Numbered from the stretch's first letter, positions 19,063-29,217 are shown. The stretch is DNA of 64,000 nt from a virus (IMGVR_UViG_2721755486_000001:96001-160000), one strand, 5' to 3'. Notes: generated from the sequence alone by a model not told the origin. Program-made: numbers and translations.

Positions 19063-19821
19063 TCAGTCGAAAATGCTGTCCCAGAGCGCGCTCACCGCGG
19101 TGACGGCGAGTCCGACACCGGCGGCCACCGCGACGACGGGCAGGCTCACCGGGGCGGACACGATCCCCACGGCAGCGGCGCCGGCGCCACCAACGACACC
19201 GGTCAGGCCCGCAGCGGTCAGCCCGTTGGCGATCGCGGTCGTGGCGGCCGGGGCCGACAAGGTAAGGGCCGCGCTTACGGTGGGGGCCAGCGATGCGGCA
19301 GCACGTGCGGCGGTGGCCGCGTTCACCGCGCTCGTCACCGTCGACGCCGTGCGCCCGGCGCTCATCATTTGTGCGGCCACACGGACCGTGGAACCCATCA
19401 CCTCCTGCGTTCCCCAGGTCTGGTACCAGCGGTACATGAAAGCGGTCGCGGCGGTGGTTCCCATCGAGCGGACCATCTTGTTGACCTGCTCGCTCGTGTG
19501 CTCATCCTCGATGCACCACGTAACGAAGTGCTCGCAGTTGTTGAAGACGAGGTTGTACTCCTCCTCGCCGATGCGTTGGCGGGCGCGCCGAACGCTTTCC
19601 AGGCGACCGTGCAACCGATCCGGGTGATCGACGAACCGGACTTTGCGGTCTTTGGCAAAGGCCGACATGGGCACCTCCTCGATCACCCCGGTGTCCCACA
19701 GCGCGTCCTTCCCCGAATATTGGATGACCGTGTTGGGCCCGGAGGCAAGCCCGTGGTGCTCGTAGCCGAAGCGCTGTACCCACAAGTGGTCCCCGGCGCG
19801 AATCGTTCGATCGTCGCTCAT
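19063..19821 (-). CDS. LRAT/NC-domain (permuted NlpC/P60) protein with hydrophobic C-terminus
   Basis: GDHL..YEHHG, YNLVFNNCEHFV. Confidence 0.85.
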   Translation of the reverse strand: MSDDRTIRAGDHLWVQRFGYEHHGLASGPNTVIQYSGKDALWDTGVIEEVPMSAFAKDRKVRFVDHPDRLHGRLESVRRARQRIGEEEYNLVFNNCEHFVTWCIEDEHTSEQVNKMVRSMGTTAATAFMYRWYQTWGTQEVMGSTVRVAAQMMSAGRTASTVTSAVNAATAARAAASLAPTVSAALTLSAPAATTAIANGLTAAGLTGVVGGAGAAAVGIVSAPVSLPVVAVAAGVGLAVTAVSALWDSIFD

Positions 19822-20306
19822 GCTGGTCTTCTCGCTTGTTCGTGTTCGTGTTGTCGGACGCCTGCTCTACGGCAGATCGTCGCTGAACTTTACAGCAGCT
19901 TGCGCTCGGGCGGTGCGGTGGGCACCACCAAGGGGGCAGGCAGGACCGTGGCAGGGGCGGGCGGCGATGGGCCCGGCGGGCACCAGGGAAAACGGCGGCG
20001 ACCAGCGACCACACCAACACCCTGGGCCCGTGGCCCCAGGTCAAGGCGGTGCTGACGCCAACGGGCGCGGGCCAGCTCCGTTTCGCACCCAGGGCCGGAG
20101 GCGGGGTTCGTGCCCTCCGCCCATGAGGGTGGTGTCCTCGCGGTCGAGCGACCCCACAGCATCCGCAGCAGCCAAACGATCAACACCTCGCGTTCACCGC
20201 TGACCACAACACCCACCAGACGTTGATGACGCGAGCACCGGTCACGCATGGCGCGCCCACCGGTCGTCCGTGTCCCATGGGCCACCCACGTCTCCTCCCA
20301 CCGTAC

Positions 20307-20334
20307 TTGACGAACCAGGATGACCCGCTAGGGT
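20307..20334 (+). promoter_or_regulatory. Island promoter family A
   Basis: TTGACG aaccaggatgacccgc TAGGGT. Confidence 0.6.
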
Positions 20335-20392
20335 GGCCTGCAGCAGGGCCGCATCGAGCCCTGAACGTCAACGTCAACGAGAGGAGGAGACG

Positions 20393-20647
20393 ATGAGCAA
20401 GCGCACGGCTTTGCAGCTCAAGGAGCCCAACCACGAGGATCCCAAGATCACCCGCCTCACCAACGCCATCGAGCGCAAGCACCGCGTGGTCGGCGTCAAC
20501 CAGGCTGGGGAACGTGTGGCGTACGACTGGGACGGCGTGACCGGTGAATGGCGCCGCGACTGGGAGTACGGTTCGACCACGCCCTTGGGTCGCGCGTTCG
20601 GGGAAGACCGTTCCGTTGGGGCCGGATTCGCGTTCGACGGGTTCTGA
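20393..20647 (+). CDS. Small hypothetical protein
   Basis: GAGGAGGAG RBS before MSKRTALQ. Confidence 0.65.
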   Translation: MSKRTALQLKEPNHEDPKITRLTNAIERKHRVVGVNQAGERVAYDWDGVTGEWRRDWEYGSTTPLGRAFGEDRSVGAGFAFDGF

Positions 20648-20993
20648 CGGAGCGGCACATGGGACTGGTTGACCCGTGCCAACGCACGGACCCGACAGGA
20701 GCAGCGCCCACCACCTCGGTGGGCGTTGTGTTTTGTGGGGCTGACGACGTGCGCCTGAGCGGTGGAGGGCATGACACCTTCCCACGCGGCGGCGGAAGCG
20801 GTTCATCGCCATCCCCCAGCGTATCTACCGCTCGGTACCGAGCGTCGACCGTTCGTCCGAAAGATCGAGTAATGCACGAAGTTTCTGCATTCGTCGCAGT
20901 CGAGCCTATTGCCAACCTCATTGGGTTTTGTAGACTGAAAGCATATGGAAGGCGCAAACACATCGCCGACCCGCCACCCGATGGAGCAAGACC

Positions 20994-21443
20994 ATGAGCA
21001 CCCTGACCCTCACCACCAAGCTGAACGCCCGCATGATGGCCGCCGTCATCCTGGACGACGCTCGCGACATCCGCCGCCTGGCGAAGGAAGGGCTGGACGT
21101 GACCGGCGTCAGCCTGACCGGGGACACTTGGCTCGACATCGCGGTGGCCCGCAACCGCATGAACGCCGCCGCCGCGATCATCATGTTGTCCGGCAGCAAG
21201 ACCAACGTCCTGAACGCGGTCGACAAGACCGGTGACACGGTGCTCGACAAGGCCGTGGGCGTGGTGAGCGAGAAGTTCCTCGTGATGCTCCTGAGCGCGA
21301 GCGACAAGCTCAACCTCCTGCACCGGAACAGCAAGGGGGTCTCGACGCTGGACCTGCTGGTGAAGCTCAACAGCAAGCCTGTGAACGACGCCCTGGCGCG
21401 GAAGCGGAACCGGACCATCGACACCATGGCCCTGGCCGCCTGA
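20994..21443 (+). CDS. Ankyrin-like repeat protein
   Basis: GDTWLDIAV, GDTVLDKAV, GVSTLDLLV at ~35-aa spacing. Confidence 0.65.
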   Translation: MSTLTLTTKLNARMMAAVILDDARDIRRLAKEGLDVTGVSLTGDTWLDIAVARNRMNAAAAIIMLSGSKTNVLNAVDKTGDTVLDKAVGVVSEKFLVMLLSASDKLNLLHRNSKGVSTLDLLVKLNSKPVNDALARKRNRTIDTMALAA

Positions 21444-21807
21444 CCAGCGAACCGCACAACCCCAGGGCCACGACCCTGGATAACAACAGGAGGAGCAGGG
21501 CCAAACCGGAGGAGTGGCCCTGACAACAAGGAGGAGCACAACAACAACTAGGGGAGGAGGGTAAAGCGGCGCCAGATGGCGCCGCTTTTCACATGGGCAG
21601 GCGTAGCGCGGTGCGGGACCCGTGCGCGGGGCTGGTCGTACCGGGTGGCGGGGCAGAACCGGACGAGTGCAAGACAGGGGCCGGGATCTGCAACGCGGCG
21701 GTGGCGATTCACCACCACCCCCGATTCACCACCACCCCCACACCGGGGCCACCGGCCCGGTCCCGAAATCCCGGTGCTGATGCCCGTGCCAGGGCACAAC
21801 CCCAACG

Positions 21808-22485
21808 TCACACGAACACGCACCGCTGCTGCTGCTCGGGTTGCCAGGGGCAGGGCGTGCGCGTCACAGCGTGCACCATCGGGGAGGCGTAGCGCGGATC
21901 GTCCGCGGGGAACTCCACCGGGGCTTTCTTCCACGAGAACGCGGGCAAGACCGGGACGATGAGCCAGTCTGCCTCGGTGGCGAGCATGTCGGCGAAGGCC
22001 TCGACCTCGACCCGGTTGGACCGGAACACCCGGTACTTCCCGACTTGGCGGCGCTCGGCGAACGTCCCATCGAGCAGGCAGGCACGCTGGGCGTACAGCT
22101 CTTCGTGCGACACCAGCCCATGCTTGCGCATCGTGCGGACCTGCAGGCGCTCCCGGGCCAGGGTACGACGGTCGTACTCCGGGTCCTGTGCATGCTCGGC
22201 GATGTCCGCCTCCATCGCTTCAACCACGTCCATCCCGTCGGCTGAACCACGGACGAGCAGGGCAGCCCAATGCTCGCTCGGCACGGTGAAGTAAAAGCCC
22301 ACCCGGTCCGTGTCGAACCAGGACGGGTCCTCCACCCACTCGGGCACGAACACGTCGGCGTGGGGCAGGCGACGTCCCGCCAGATCGTCCAAGGCCCGGA
22401 AGATGTAAAAGTGCGGGTCCAGGGACCGCTCGACCAGGTGGACCGGGCGGCGGCGCTTCAGCTTCTCGTTGGCGGCTACCTTCAT
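21808..22485 (-). CDS. Hypothetical protein
   Basis: ATGA overlap with upstream gene, GGAGG RBS. Confidence 0.7.
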   Translation of the reverse strand: MKVAANEKLKRRRPVHLVERSLDPHFYIFRALDDLAGRRLPHADVFVPEWVEDPSWFDTDRVGFYFTVPSEHWAALLVRGSADGMDVVEAMEADIAEHAQDPEYDRRTLARERLQVRTMRKHGLVSHEELYAQRACLLDGTFAERRQVGKYRVFRSNRVEVEAFADMLATEADWLIVPVLPAFSWKKAPVEFPADDPRYASPMVHAVTRTPCPWQPEQQQRCVFV

Positions 22486-23882
22486 GCGGCACCTCCCATC
22501 CGGCCCGTGGCCGTGGCCTGGCTGGTCGGATTGAGCAGACGCTCCCGTAACGCGGCCAGGCGGTCCTGCACGTCCATGGGCAACGGGGCGCGCACCGGCT
22601 CGACCGCAACCGGAGCGACCGGCACCACCTCGTGCTCGCGCACCGGCAGGGGCTTACCCTCACGCAGGGCGTCCAGGAACTCCGCGTGGCGGGCAACGAT
22701 GGCGTCCTGGCGGTGGGCCAGCTCAGGGTTCAGCGGACGATAGAGCGGTGCCGATTCACCGGGCGACCGTACCGAACGTTCGGCACGCGGCGCGGCAGGT
22801 TCCGCTTTGCCCGTGCGCACGTCCTCCAGACGTTGGGCCAGACCGGCGAGCGCATCGTTGACCGGCTTCTCGCGCAAGGTCCGGCGACGCTGCTCCTCGA
22901 CCACCCGCTGTCCCGGCTTTGCTTGCACCGACCACCGGGCGACGCGTCGCGCTTCCTGCACCCACCGCTCGCCGGTGAGCAAGATGTGCCACCGCGCGTA
23001 GTGCTCGTGCCACCCACCGGGGGCCAGGCGTTCCCGCTCCTCCAATGCGAGGGACGACGGGCTGAACGAGGGGAAGGCGGTCCGCTCGCGATCGGTCATG
23101 CTCGGGCGCACCAGCACGGCGTTTTCCTCGACCAGGGCCCAGGCCGCCTCGTACCATCGGTCCAGGGGCACCTCGAACAGTGCGAACCGGCCTTGCGACA
23201 CGTCACGCGCCCCAAACTCGAATCGAAGGCGAAGGCGGACAGCACCACCCCGTTCGTTGGGCAGGCTCCGCAGGTCCCAACCGAAGTACCCCACCTCGCC
23301 GAAGGCCTGGGCCAAGACACGGAAGCGGGGGAAGGCCCAACGCTGACGCAGCGCGTGCATCGCGGCGTCGGTCCCCTTCACCGACAGCGGCAGCACATGG
23401 TTGGCCCCGTCCAGCAGAGCCTCACGACGGCGCGCGAGCAGCTTGACCGGATCGGTCGCGCGACCGAAGGCCAGCCAGTCCCGCCCGCCCTTGTCGTTCT
23501 GGCATTCCGCGCAGCAGAGCACGCGGTTTTCCTCCAGCGCCGTCCCGCCCAAGGCCAGGGGCACCAGCAGGTCCGCCATGGCACGGGGCGCACCGTCAAC
23601 CCGGCTCCCGGTGACCGAGAGGGTAAGACCGCAGTAGGCGCAGACCCCAGACTGCTGGTCGGCGAGGTACCGCACCATCCACGGCTCAGTGTGGCGCATC
23701 GACGCCCGCAGACCTTCGACAAGCTGGGAGAACAGCAGGTCCTGCAACGACCCGGGTTCCACCTTAACCGGTGGCACCTCGACCGGCTGATCCTCGTGGT
23801 CCGCAGGGTCGTACAGGTCCTCGTACGGCTCGTCGTGGTCGAACACCGTCAGGCTGGTGGGGCGCTTGAACATGCTCCCCAT
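22482..23882 (-). CDS. HNH-like Zn-finger protein with degenerate active site
   Basis: CAYCG...DLLVPLALGG..ENRVLCCAECQNDKG. Confidence 0.65.
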   Translation of the reverse strand: MGSMFKRPTSLTVFDHDEPYEDLYDPADHEDQPVEVPPVKVEPGSLQDLLFSQLVEGLRASMRHTEPWMVRYLADQQSGVCAYCGLTLSVTGSRVDGAPRAMADLLVPLALGGTALEENRVLCCAECQNDKGGRDWLAFGRATDPVKLLARRREALLDGANHVLPLSVKGTDAAMHALRQRWAFPRFRVLAQAFGEVGYFGWDLRSLPNERGGAVRLRLRFEFGARDVSQGRFALFEVPLDRWYEAAWALVEENAVLVRPSMTDRERTAFPSFSPSSLALEERERLAPGGWHEHYARWHILLTGERWVQEARRVARWSVQAKPGQRVVEEQRRRTLREKPVNDALAGLAQRLEDVRTGKAEPAAPRAERSVRSPGESAPLYRPLNPELAHRQDAIVARHAEFLDALREGKPLPVREHEVVPVAPVAVEPVRAPLPMDVQDRLAALRERLLNPTSQATATGRMGGAA

Positions 23883-23884
23883 GG

Positions 23885-24118
23885 TCAGACCTCGCTGCTC
23901 TCAACCGGGGTAGCGCGGCGCAGGCCCGCACCGTGGACGCGCTCGACCGCCTCGACAATGGCGTCCGGCACGGTGATGCCGTTCAGCTTCGCGTACGACA
24001 CCAGCAGCGCGTCCAGGTCCAGGGGGACCAGCAGGCTCCGGCGCTTGTGGGTGGTTTTCGAGCGCTTCGCCCAGTCGGCGTACACGGCCGCGCGGCGTTC
24101 AGGGTTTTTCGACGGCAT
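23885..24118 (-). CDS. Small ribbon-helix-helix-like regulator
   Basis: KRRSLLVPLDLDALLVSYAKLNGITVPDAIVEAV; GGAGGAG RBS; TTGCGC-16-TAGGTT promoter at 24174-24201. Confidence 0.55.
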   Translation of the reverse strand: MPSKNPERRAAVYADWAKRSKTTHKRRSLLVPLDLDALLVSYAKLNGITVPDAIVEAVERVHGAGLRRATPVESSEV

Positions 24119-24225
24119 GGGTCTCCTCCACGTTGACTAAGAAGGCTCGACGCCAAGGCGTCGGCATGACCCCAACCTAGCACCGCCTTGGGTTTGCGCA
24201 AGTCCATACGGTCGTGCCAGGGTAC

Positions 24226-26000
24226 ACCTCCACGGGGTTCGCCGGACGGCACCTGCAGGATCGCTCCGGCCTCGCCGGCCGGGCTGTCGGTTGTACGTTC
24301 GCGCTCGCCGCGCGGGCTGAAGGCTCTGACCTGGGGAGAAGGCTGAACCCGGATCGGTTCGATCGTGCTGTACAGGTGCAGGGGCAAGACGGCTCGGGCC
24401 AGGCGGAGGTCTACCACCACCAGGGGGAGGGTCGGACGCGCGGCTGGCCCGTGGCGTCGTACCGTGATCGAGGGGTGGAGGGATGGCACAGGCGGGGCAC
24501 TGCTCGACGCGCGGAGCGCGAACGGCTGAACGTCCAAGGAGGGAGGCGGCACCGCGCGCACGCGTGACCGGCACCGCCTCAACGGGACGGCACAGGACCC
24601 ACGCCGTCCCTGGTCCAGCGTTCCCGCACCGCAGCGCGGGCGGAGGTCGTGCGTTCGCTTCGCGGCACCGGCGCGGACGGCGCAACCGCTCCCGGTTCCG
24701 GCACCCCTTCGGGGAGCCGCGACCGGTCGGGTCGTCGCCTGATGTCCGCGCTCACGGTGCGCGCTCCGCGACCACGCACGCTGGACCGCCACCCCCAACG
24801 GCAGAGTCGGACACCACCCACGCTCCCCGGGGTACGGCGACCACGGGTCCAGCGTCGTCACCGAAGGACGGCGGGTACCGTTCACGCGTGCGCGTCCCAG
24901 TCGGGCGATGGGGCGGAACGGGAGCGCGGTGGCGGCGCACCGTCCACGGTCTGGATCACCCGTGCCAATGCACATGTTATACCGGTCATCAGGGCGTGAC
25001 CGGGGGCGCTGCGCGCGCTCGGCGGTTCGACCGACCGCACGTCGGACCCACCCGACCCGATCACGCGTTTCGTTGGTGCGAATGCCAGCGTCATACCGGT
25101 TACATGGGTCATACCCGGGGGCGCTGCGCGGCGCGAGCGTCCGGTGTACGTACACGCGCGGCGACGCACCGAGACCGGAGGCAGGGGAAGGCGGACCACC
25201 TCGCTGACGCGAACAACCCCAGCACCGTTACGTCCGCCTGGACTTGGCGACGCGTCGCCACGACCCGATGGGGCTGGGTCGCGCTGCACGCTGCGCGGCA
25301 ACGGCACGTCCAGGCAACGGCGAACGGCAACCCCGGACCCCACCGTCGTACCGCGTCGGCGTCACGCTGGGCGTTCCGTACCGCACGGCGACGGGCACCC
25401 CCACCGGGCAGCGGAGCAACGCTCCCCGGTACGGCAACGGCGAACCCCAACGGCGGGCGTTCGTCCGGGAGGCAGGGGCGGGTCCGAACGCTGAAGGCGA
25501 CACCGAACGGCGAACATCGAGGGAAGGAGGCTGTCCCTGGTGCGAGAGGAAGGGACGGGCACAGGGACAGCAGCGCGCACAGGTGGAGCAAGGACGTGCG
25601 CGGGGAGCAAGAGCGAGGGGGTACTGCGAAGGAGGAAAAGCGGTGAAGCGTCGTGCTGAAGCACTCGGTTCCTGGGATTTCGACGTCACACCTCCCTCTC
25701 GCGAAAAATCAAAGTCGGTACTCGGAGGGGGTGTTTGCGAAAATCCTGGAACGACACACCCTTCGCACCTTCGGTGTTTAAGAACCTACCCCCAGAACCA
25801 CCGCCATCGCCTTGCTGGGCCTGGCTCGGCTGCTTATGCAACGCATAAGCGAAAAACGCACGGCATGCAGCAAAGCACCGTCGAGCAAGGCTCAACCTGC
25901 ATAAGCTGCTTATGCAAGTCGACCGTTCGTCGGCTGGTTCCGCCAAACGCTGGACAAACGGCGAGGACCTGCCATGTTGGGTCATCACCACTTCCAACAG
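24226..26000. other. Long noncoding region between divergent operons; candidate oriT/oriV
   Basis: No credible CDS; ACGGC(A/G)ACGGC-type repeats at 25296-25515, GCTTATGC/GCATAAGC inverted repeats at 25832-25850 and 25898-25916; upstream of the RHH-T4CP-relaxase cluster. Confidence 0.4.
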
Positions 26001-26011
26001 GAGCGCCCAAC

Positions 26012-26497
26012 ATGCCCCGCACCCGCACCGTCCGAAGCCTCGCTGAAAACAGCCAGACCGACCGCAGCGCGACGCGCAACGGCAAGACCCTCGGCATCTA
26101 CGTCTCCACCGCGGAGGCCGCTCGTGTGGAGGAGGCACGCCAGGCTGCCGGATTCGACAGCACGAACCGCATGTTGCGCGACTTGCTGTTCGGTTTCCTC
26201 GATGGCCGCGACCAGCTCGAAGAACTGCGCGCCGAGCTGCTGGACAGCGTGACCCGCACGATCGAGGGAGCCGTCCCGTTGATGACCGATGCCGTCTCCT
26301 CGAAGACCGACGACAACGTCCGTGCGGCGCTGAGCGACACGGGCAAGTCCGAGCGGGAAACCCGGGCACGGTTGCAACTCGAGATGAAGAACCTCAGCAA
26401 CACCGTCCAGGCAGAGGTCGAGAAGATCGACCTGAAGTTCAAGGTGATCAACGACACGCTGGTCGCGATCCAGAAGGCCCTGGCCGCCAAGGCCTAA
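26012..26497 (+). CDS. RHH relaxosome accessory protein (MobC/TrwA-like)
   Basis: AGGAG RBS; KTLGIYVSTAEAARVEEARQAAGFDSTNRMLRDLL plus coiled coil; first gene of the transfer cluster. Confidence 0.55.
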   Translation: MPRTRTVRSLAENSQTDRSATRNGKTLGIYVSTAEAARVEEARQAAGFDSTNRMLRDLLFGFLDGRDQLEELRAELLDSVTRTIEGAVPLMTDAVSSKTDDNVRAALSDTGKSERETRARLQLEMKNLSNTVQAEVEKIDLKFKVINDTLVAIQKALAAKA

Positions 26498-26523
26498 CCC
26501 CGGCGACATCACGGAGGAGACAC

Positions 26524-29136
26524 GTGAAAAAGATCGCACTGGCGGTACTCAAGATGCTGGGCGTTCCCGAAGCCCAGCCCCCGAAGGCAGCAGAACCCCA
26601 ACCCCCGAAGGCAGCAGAACCCCAACCCGTTCAGACCGCCGTTCCGTTGGTGCAGGACCGTGCCCTGGCACCCTTTGTCCTTCCCACCGAGATCGACCGG
26701 ACCAAACCGCTGGCGGGTCAGGCGCTCCTGGCGTACACCAAGCCGGGCTCGGCGGACGGGAAGACCCAGCCGGTCGAACTCGTCCTCACGTTCCGCGACG
26801 CCACCACCTCGGTCGTGATCCTGGGCGGCACCGGGACGGGCAAGACCACGGGCGCTGGCATCCCGCTGCTGAAACGTCTGCACGACGCACGCGTGGCGAT
26901 GCTGGTCACCGACGTGGTGAAGGGCGACTACGCCAACGTCTGCCGTCGCCTGGACGGGAGCGTGATCCTGGGGCCGGCGAGCGACACGATGCCCAGCAAC
27001 CTCCTGGCGGGCTGGTCGGACCAGAAGCTCCGCGATTTCCTGACGCTGTACAGCTCGAAGGTGAAGGGCGGTGAGGCTTACTGGGGGAGCGAGGGCGTCA
27101 CCGACGCGGTGCTGATCGCGCGGTTCATCCGCCACGTCGAGCGCCGGGAGCCCACCCTGGCGGACCTGTTCCACTACCTCAACGAGCCGTTGAAGTTCGT
27201 GGCGCGCTACAAGCTGGCCCACCGGTTCCAGGCGCTCTACACCACCCAGGAGCAGCGAGAGGCGGCGGAGGACACGCTGGTGGCGCTGCGCTCCCGGGAG
27301 ACCGGGGCTTACGTGTTCTCCATGCTGCATTTCGCCAAGGACCCGTCGGCGAAGAAGGGCAAGACCACCGACATCATCACCCAGGTGGGCAGCGCGCCCC
27401 CGACCAAGGTTTCGATGGTGACGACGGACGACGCCAAGATTTTCGAGCAGTACGCCTGGCACGTGGCCAGCCTGCTGACCATCACCCGTCCGTTCTACGA
27501 GAACCCGAAACTGCGCCGGGCCTTCTGCGCGGACGTGGCCACCGGGATCGACTGGTTCGACCTGGTGTACGTACAGCAGCAGTTCATCGTCCTGGAAATG
27601 CCCACCCACACCTACGGGGAGGCAGCGCTGTTCGTCGCCGAAATCCTGCGCATGCAATACCACGACGTCATCCGTGGCGCGCAGGACCACCGGGACAGCC
27701 TGGTGATCGACGGCAAGCGCGTGGTCTACGGCGTCGACCGTTTCACCGGCGAGCTGCACGACGAGTTCCAGAAGATCCTGTCGGCGGACGGCTCCAGCAA
27801 CGATGACTCCAACTGGATCGACATTTCCCGGGGCTACGGCCACATCAACATCTTTCTGACCCAGAGCATCACCTCGCTGCACGGCAAGGCCAAGAACCAT
27901 TTCGCCGTCGAGGCGTTCGTCCAGAACTGCTGCAACGTCGTGTGCTTGCCGACCATCGACGAGCGCACGCTGACCTACATGGAGACCCTGGCCGGGCGCA
28001 AGGCGACGACCGTGCGCGAGCACCTGGTGATCCGGACGGGCCGCGAGGCGTTCGTCTACTTCGCCAGCGCATCGCTGAACGGCGGGGACACCTGGTCGGA
28101 GCTGGTGGAGGTCGGCACCTCCCGGTTCCCGCACATGCGGCACACCGTCATGCAGGAGATCATGGCCCGACCGGCGCTGGTGCGCGCGGCGAGCGCTGAC
28201 CTGGTTGCTCCGATCGAGGAGACCCGGGTTCCCCAATCGACGGACGAGATCACCGGTCGGGTGTTCTGCGTGACCACGGCGGCGATCCACTCGGACGGGT
28301 TCCTGGACTTCAAGAAGCGCCTGAGCCGGGGCGGCCACGCGATCACGGAAACCGTCCGCATGAAGGCGGCGAAGGAAGGCGTGGACGCCCGGGGCCACCT
28401 GTCGGAGGCGCTGGACCGGCTGGACGTGCTGTACCCGAACAAGGGCGACATCGTGGCGGTGGTGCGCGGGGGCGGGGACGTGAAGAACGGGCAGTTCGAC
28501 ACCTACAACGCCCCCGAAAGCGTCGCGGCCCTGGAAGCCCTGCGCGAGCGTGGGGTCTTCGTCGTGGTCGGCGTCGGGCACAGCGCCAACGACGACTGGG
28601 CGATCCACCGGGCCTGCGACCACGTGTGCGACGTGCCTTACCACGCCGGTGAGGTGGTGTCCCACCTGCTCGACAACTTGCGGTCGGCGTCGAACGAGGC
28701 GAACGTGGTGCTCGCCCGGGTGGGCGGCATCACGCTGACCAAGGGCGTCAACACCGGCATGCCGGAACCGCAGCCCAAGCCGCTGGTGAAGCCGGTGGTA
28801 GACGACAAGGAGGACGCGGCGGCGGAAATCGCTCCGACCGTCATGTCGACGGAGGAACCGATCGACCCGCCGTGGGACCCGCTCCCGAAGACCGGGTACA
28901 CCCCGGCCAGCCGTCCGGCGACGCAACCCGACCCGTTCGACGAACCGGGCACCCCGTCCGTGTCGACCATGGGCGCGGGCAACACCGCAGCGGCGGCGTC
29001 GTCGGGCTCGCCCCGTGCCCTGGCACCTGTTCCGGCGAAGAAGCCGAGCTGGCACGCGGGTGTTGGCTCGCGGGACGACCAGGACATTCAGCGGATCTTG
29101 TCCGAGCTGGACGACCCGCAGGACGGCAAGGACTGA
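26524..29136 (+). CDS. VirD4/TraD-like ATPase fused to an exonuclease VII large-subunit-like domain
   Basis: Walker A GGTGTGKT, HDEFQ, SRGYG..LTQS; then DIVAVVRGGG..VVVGVGH..ACD; no N-terminal TM. Confidence 0.7.
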   Translation: MKKIALAVLKMLGVPEAQPPKAAEPQPPKAAEPQPVQTAVPLVQDRALAPFVLPTEIDRTKPLAGQALLAYTKPGSADGKTQPVELVLTFRDATTSVVILGGTGTGKTTGAGIPLLKRLHDARVAMLVTDVVKGDYANVCRRLDGSVILGPASDTMPSNLLAGWSDQKLRDFLTLYSSKVKGGEAYWGSEGVTDAVLIARFIRHVERREPTLADLFHYLNEPLKFVARYKLAHRFQALYTTQEQREAAEDTLVALRSRETGAYVFSMLHFAKDPSAKKGKTTDIITQVGSAPPTKVSMVTTDDAKIFEQYAWHVASLLTITRPFYENPKLRRAFCADVATGIDWFDLVYVQQQFIVLEMPTHTYGEAALFVAEILRMQYHDVIRGAQDHRDSLVIDGKRVVYGVDRFTGELHDEFQKILSADGSSNDDSNWIDISRGYGHINIFLTQSITSLHGKAKNHFAVEAFVQNCCNVVCLPTIDERTLTYMETLAGRKATTVREHLVIRTGREAFVYFASASLNGGDTWSELVEVGTSRFPHMRHTVMQEIMARPALVRAASADLVAPIEETRVPQSTDEITGRVFCVTTAAIHSDGFLDFKKRLSRGGHAITETVRMKAAKEGVDARGHLSEALDRLDVLYPNKGDIVAVVRGGGDVKNGQFDTYNAPESVAALEALRERGVFVVVGVGHSANDDWAIHRACDHVCDVPYHAGEVVSHLLDNLRSASNEANVVLARVGGITLTKGVNTGMPEPQPKPLVKPVVDDKEDAAAEIAPTVMSTEEPIDPPWDPLPKTGYTPASRPATQPDPFDEPGTPSVSTMGAGNTAAAASSGSPRALAPVPAKKPSWHAGVGSRDDQDIQRILSELDDPQDGKD

Positions 29137-29217
29137 TCCACCCACCGGCAGGGCGCCCGCTCCCGCGCTCTGCCGGTGGTTCGAACCTGGGGGCGTACCT
29201 AGTTAGGAGGCGGTGCG

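Noticed and set aside
23983-26011. Long ORFs 23983..25155, 24483..25646 and the 25244 extension
   Set aside because: Low-complexity Arg/Gly/Pro translations; the credible gene starts at 26012 after AGGAG.
26575-26628. 24-nt tandem repeat encoding PPKAAEPQ
   Set aside because: Ordinary low-complexity linker duplication.
26509-29145. 878-aa minus-strand ORF (also 22632..24140 +, 44752..46518 +, 51730..53019 +)
   Set aside because: Shadows of well-supported genes on the opposite strand.
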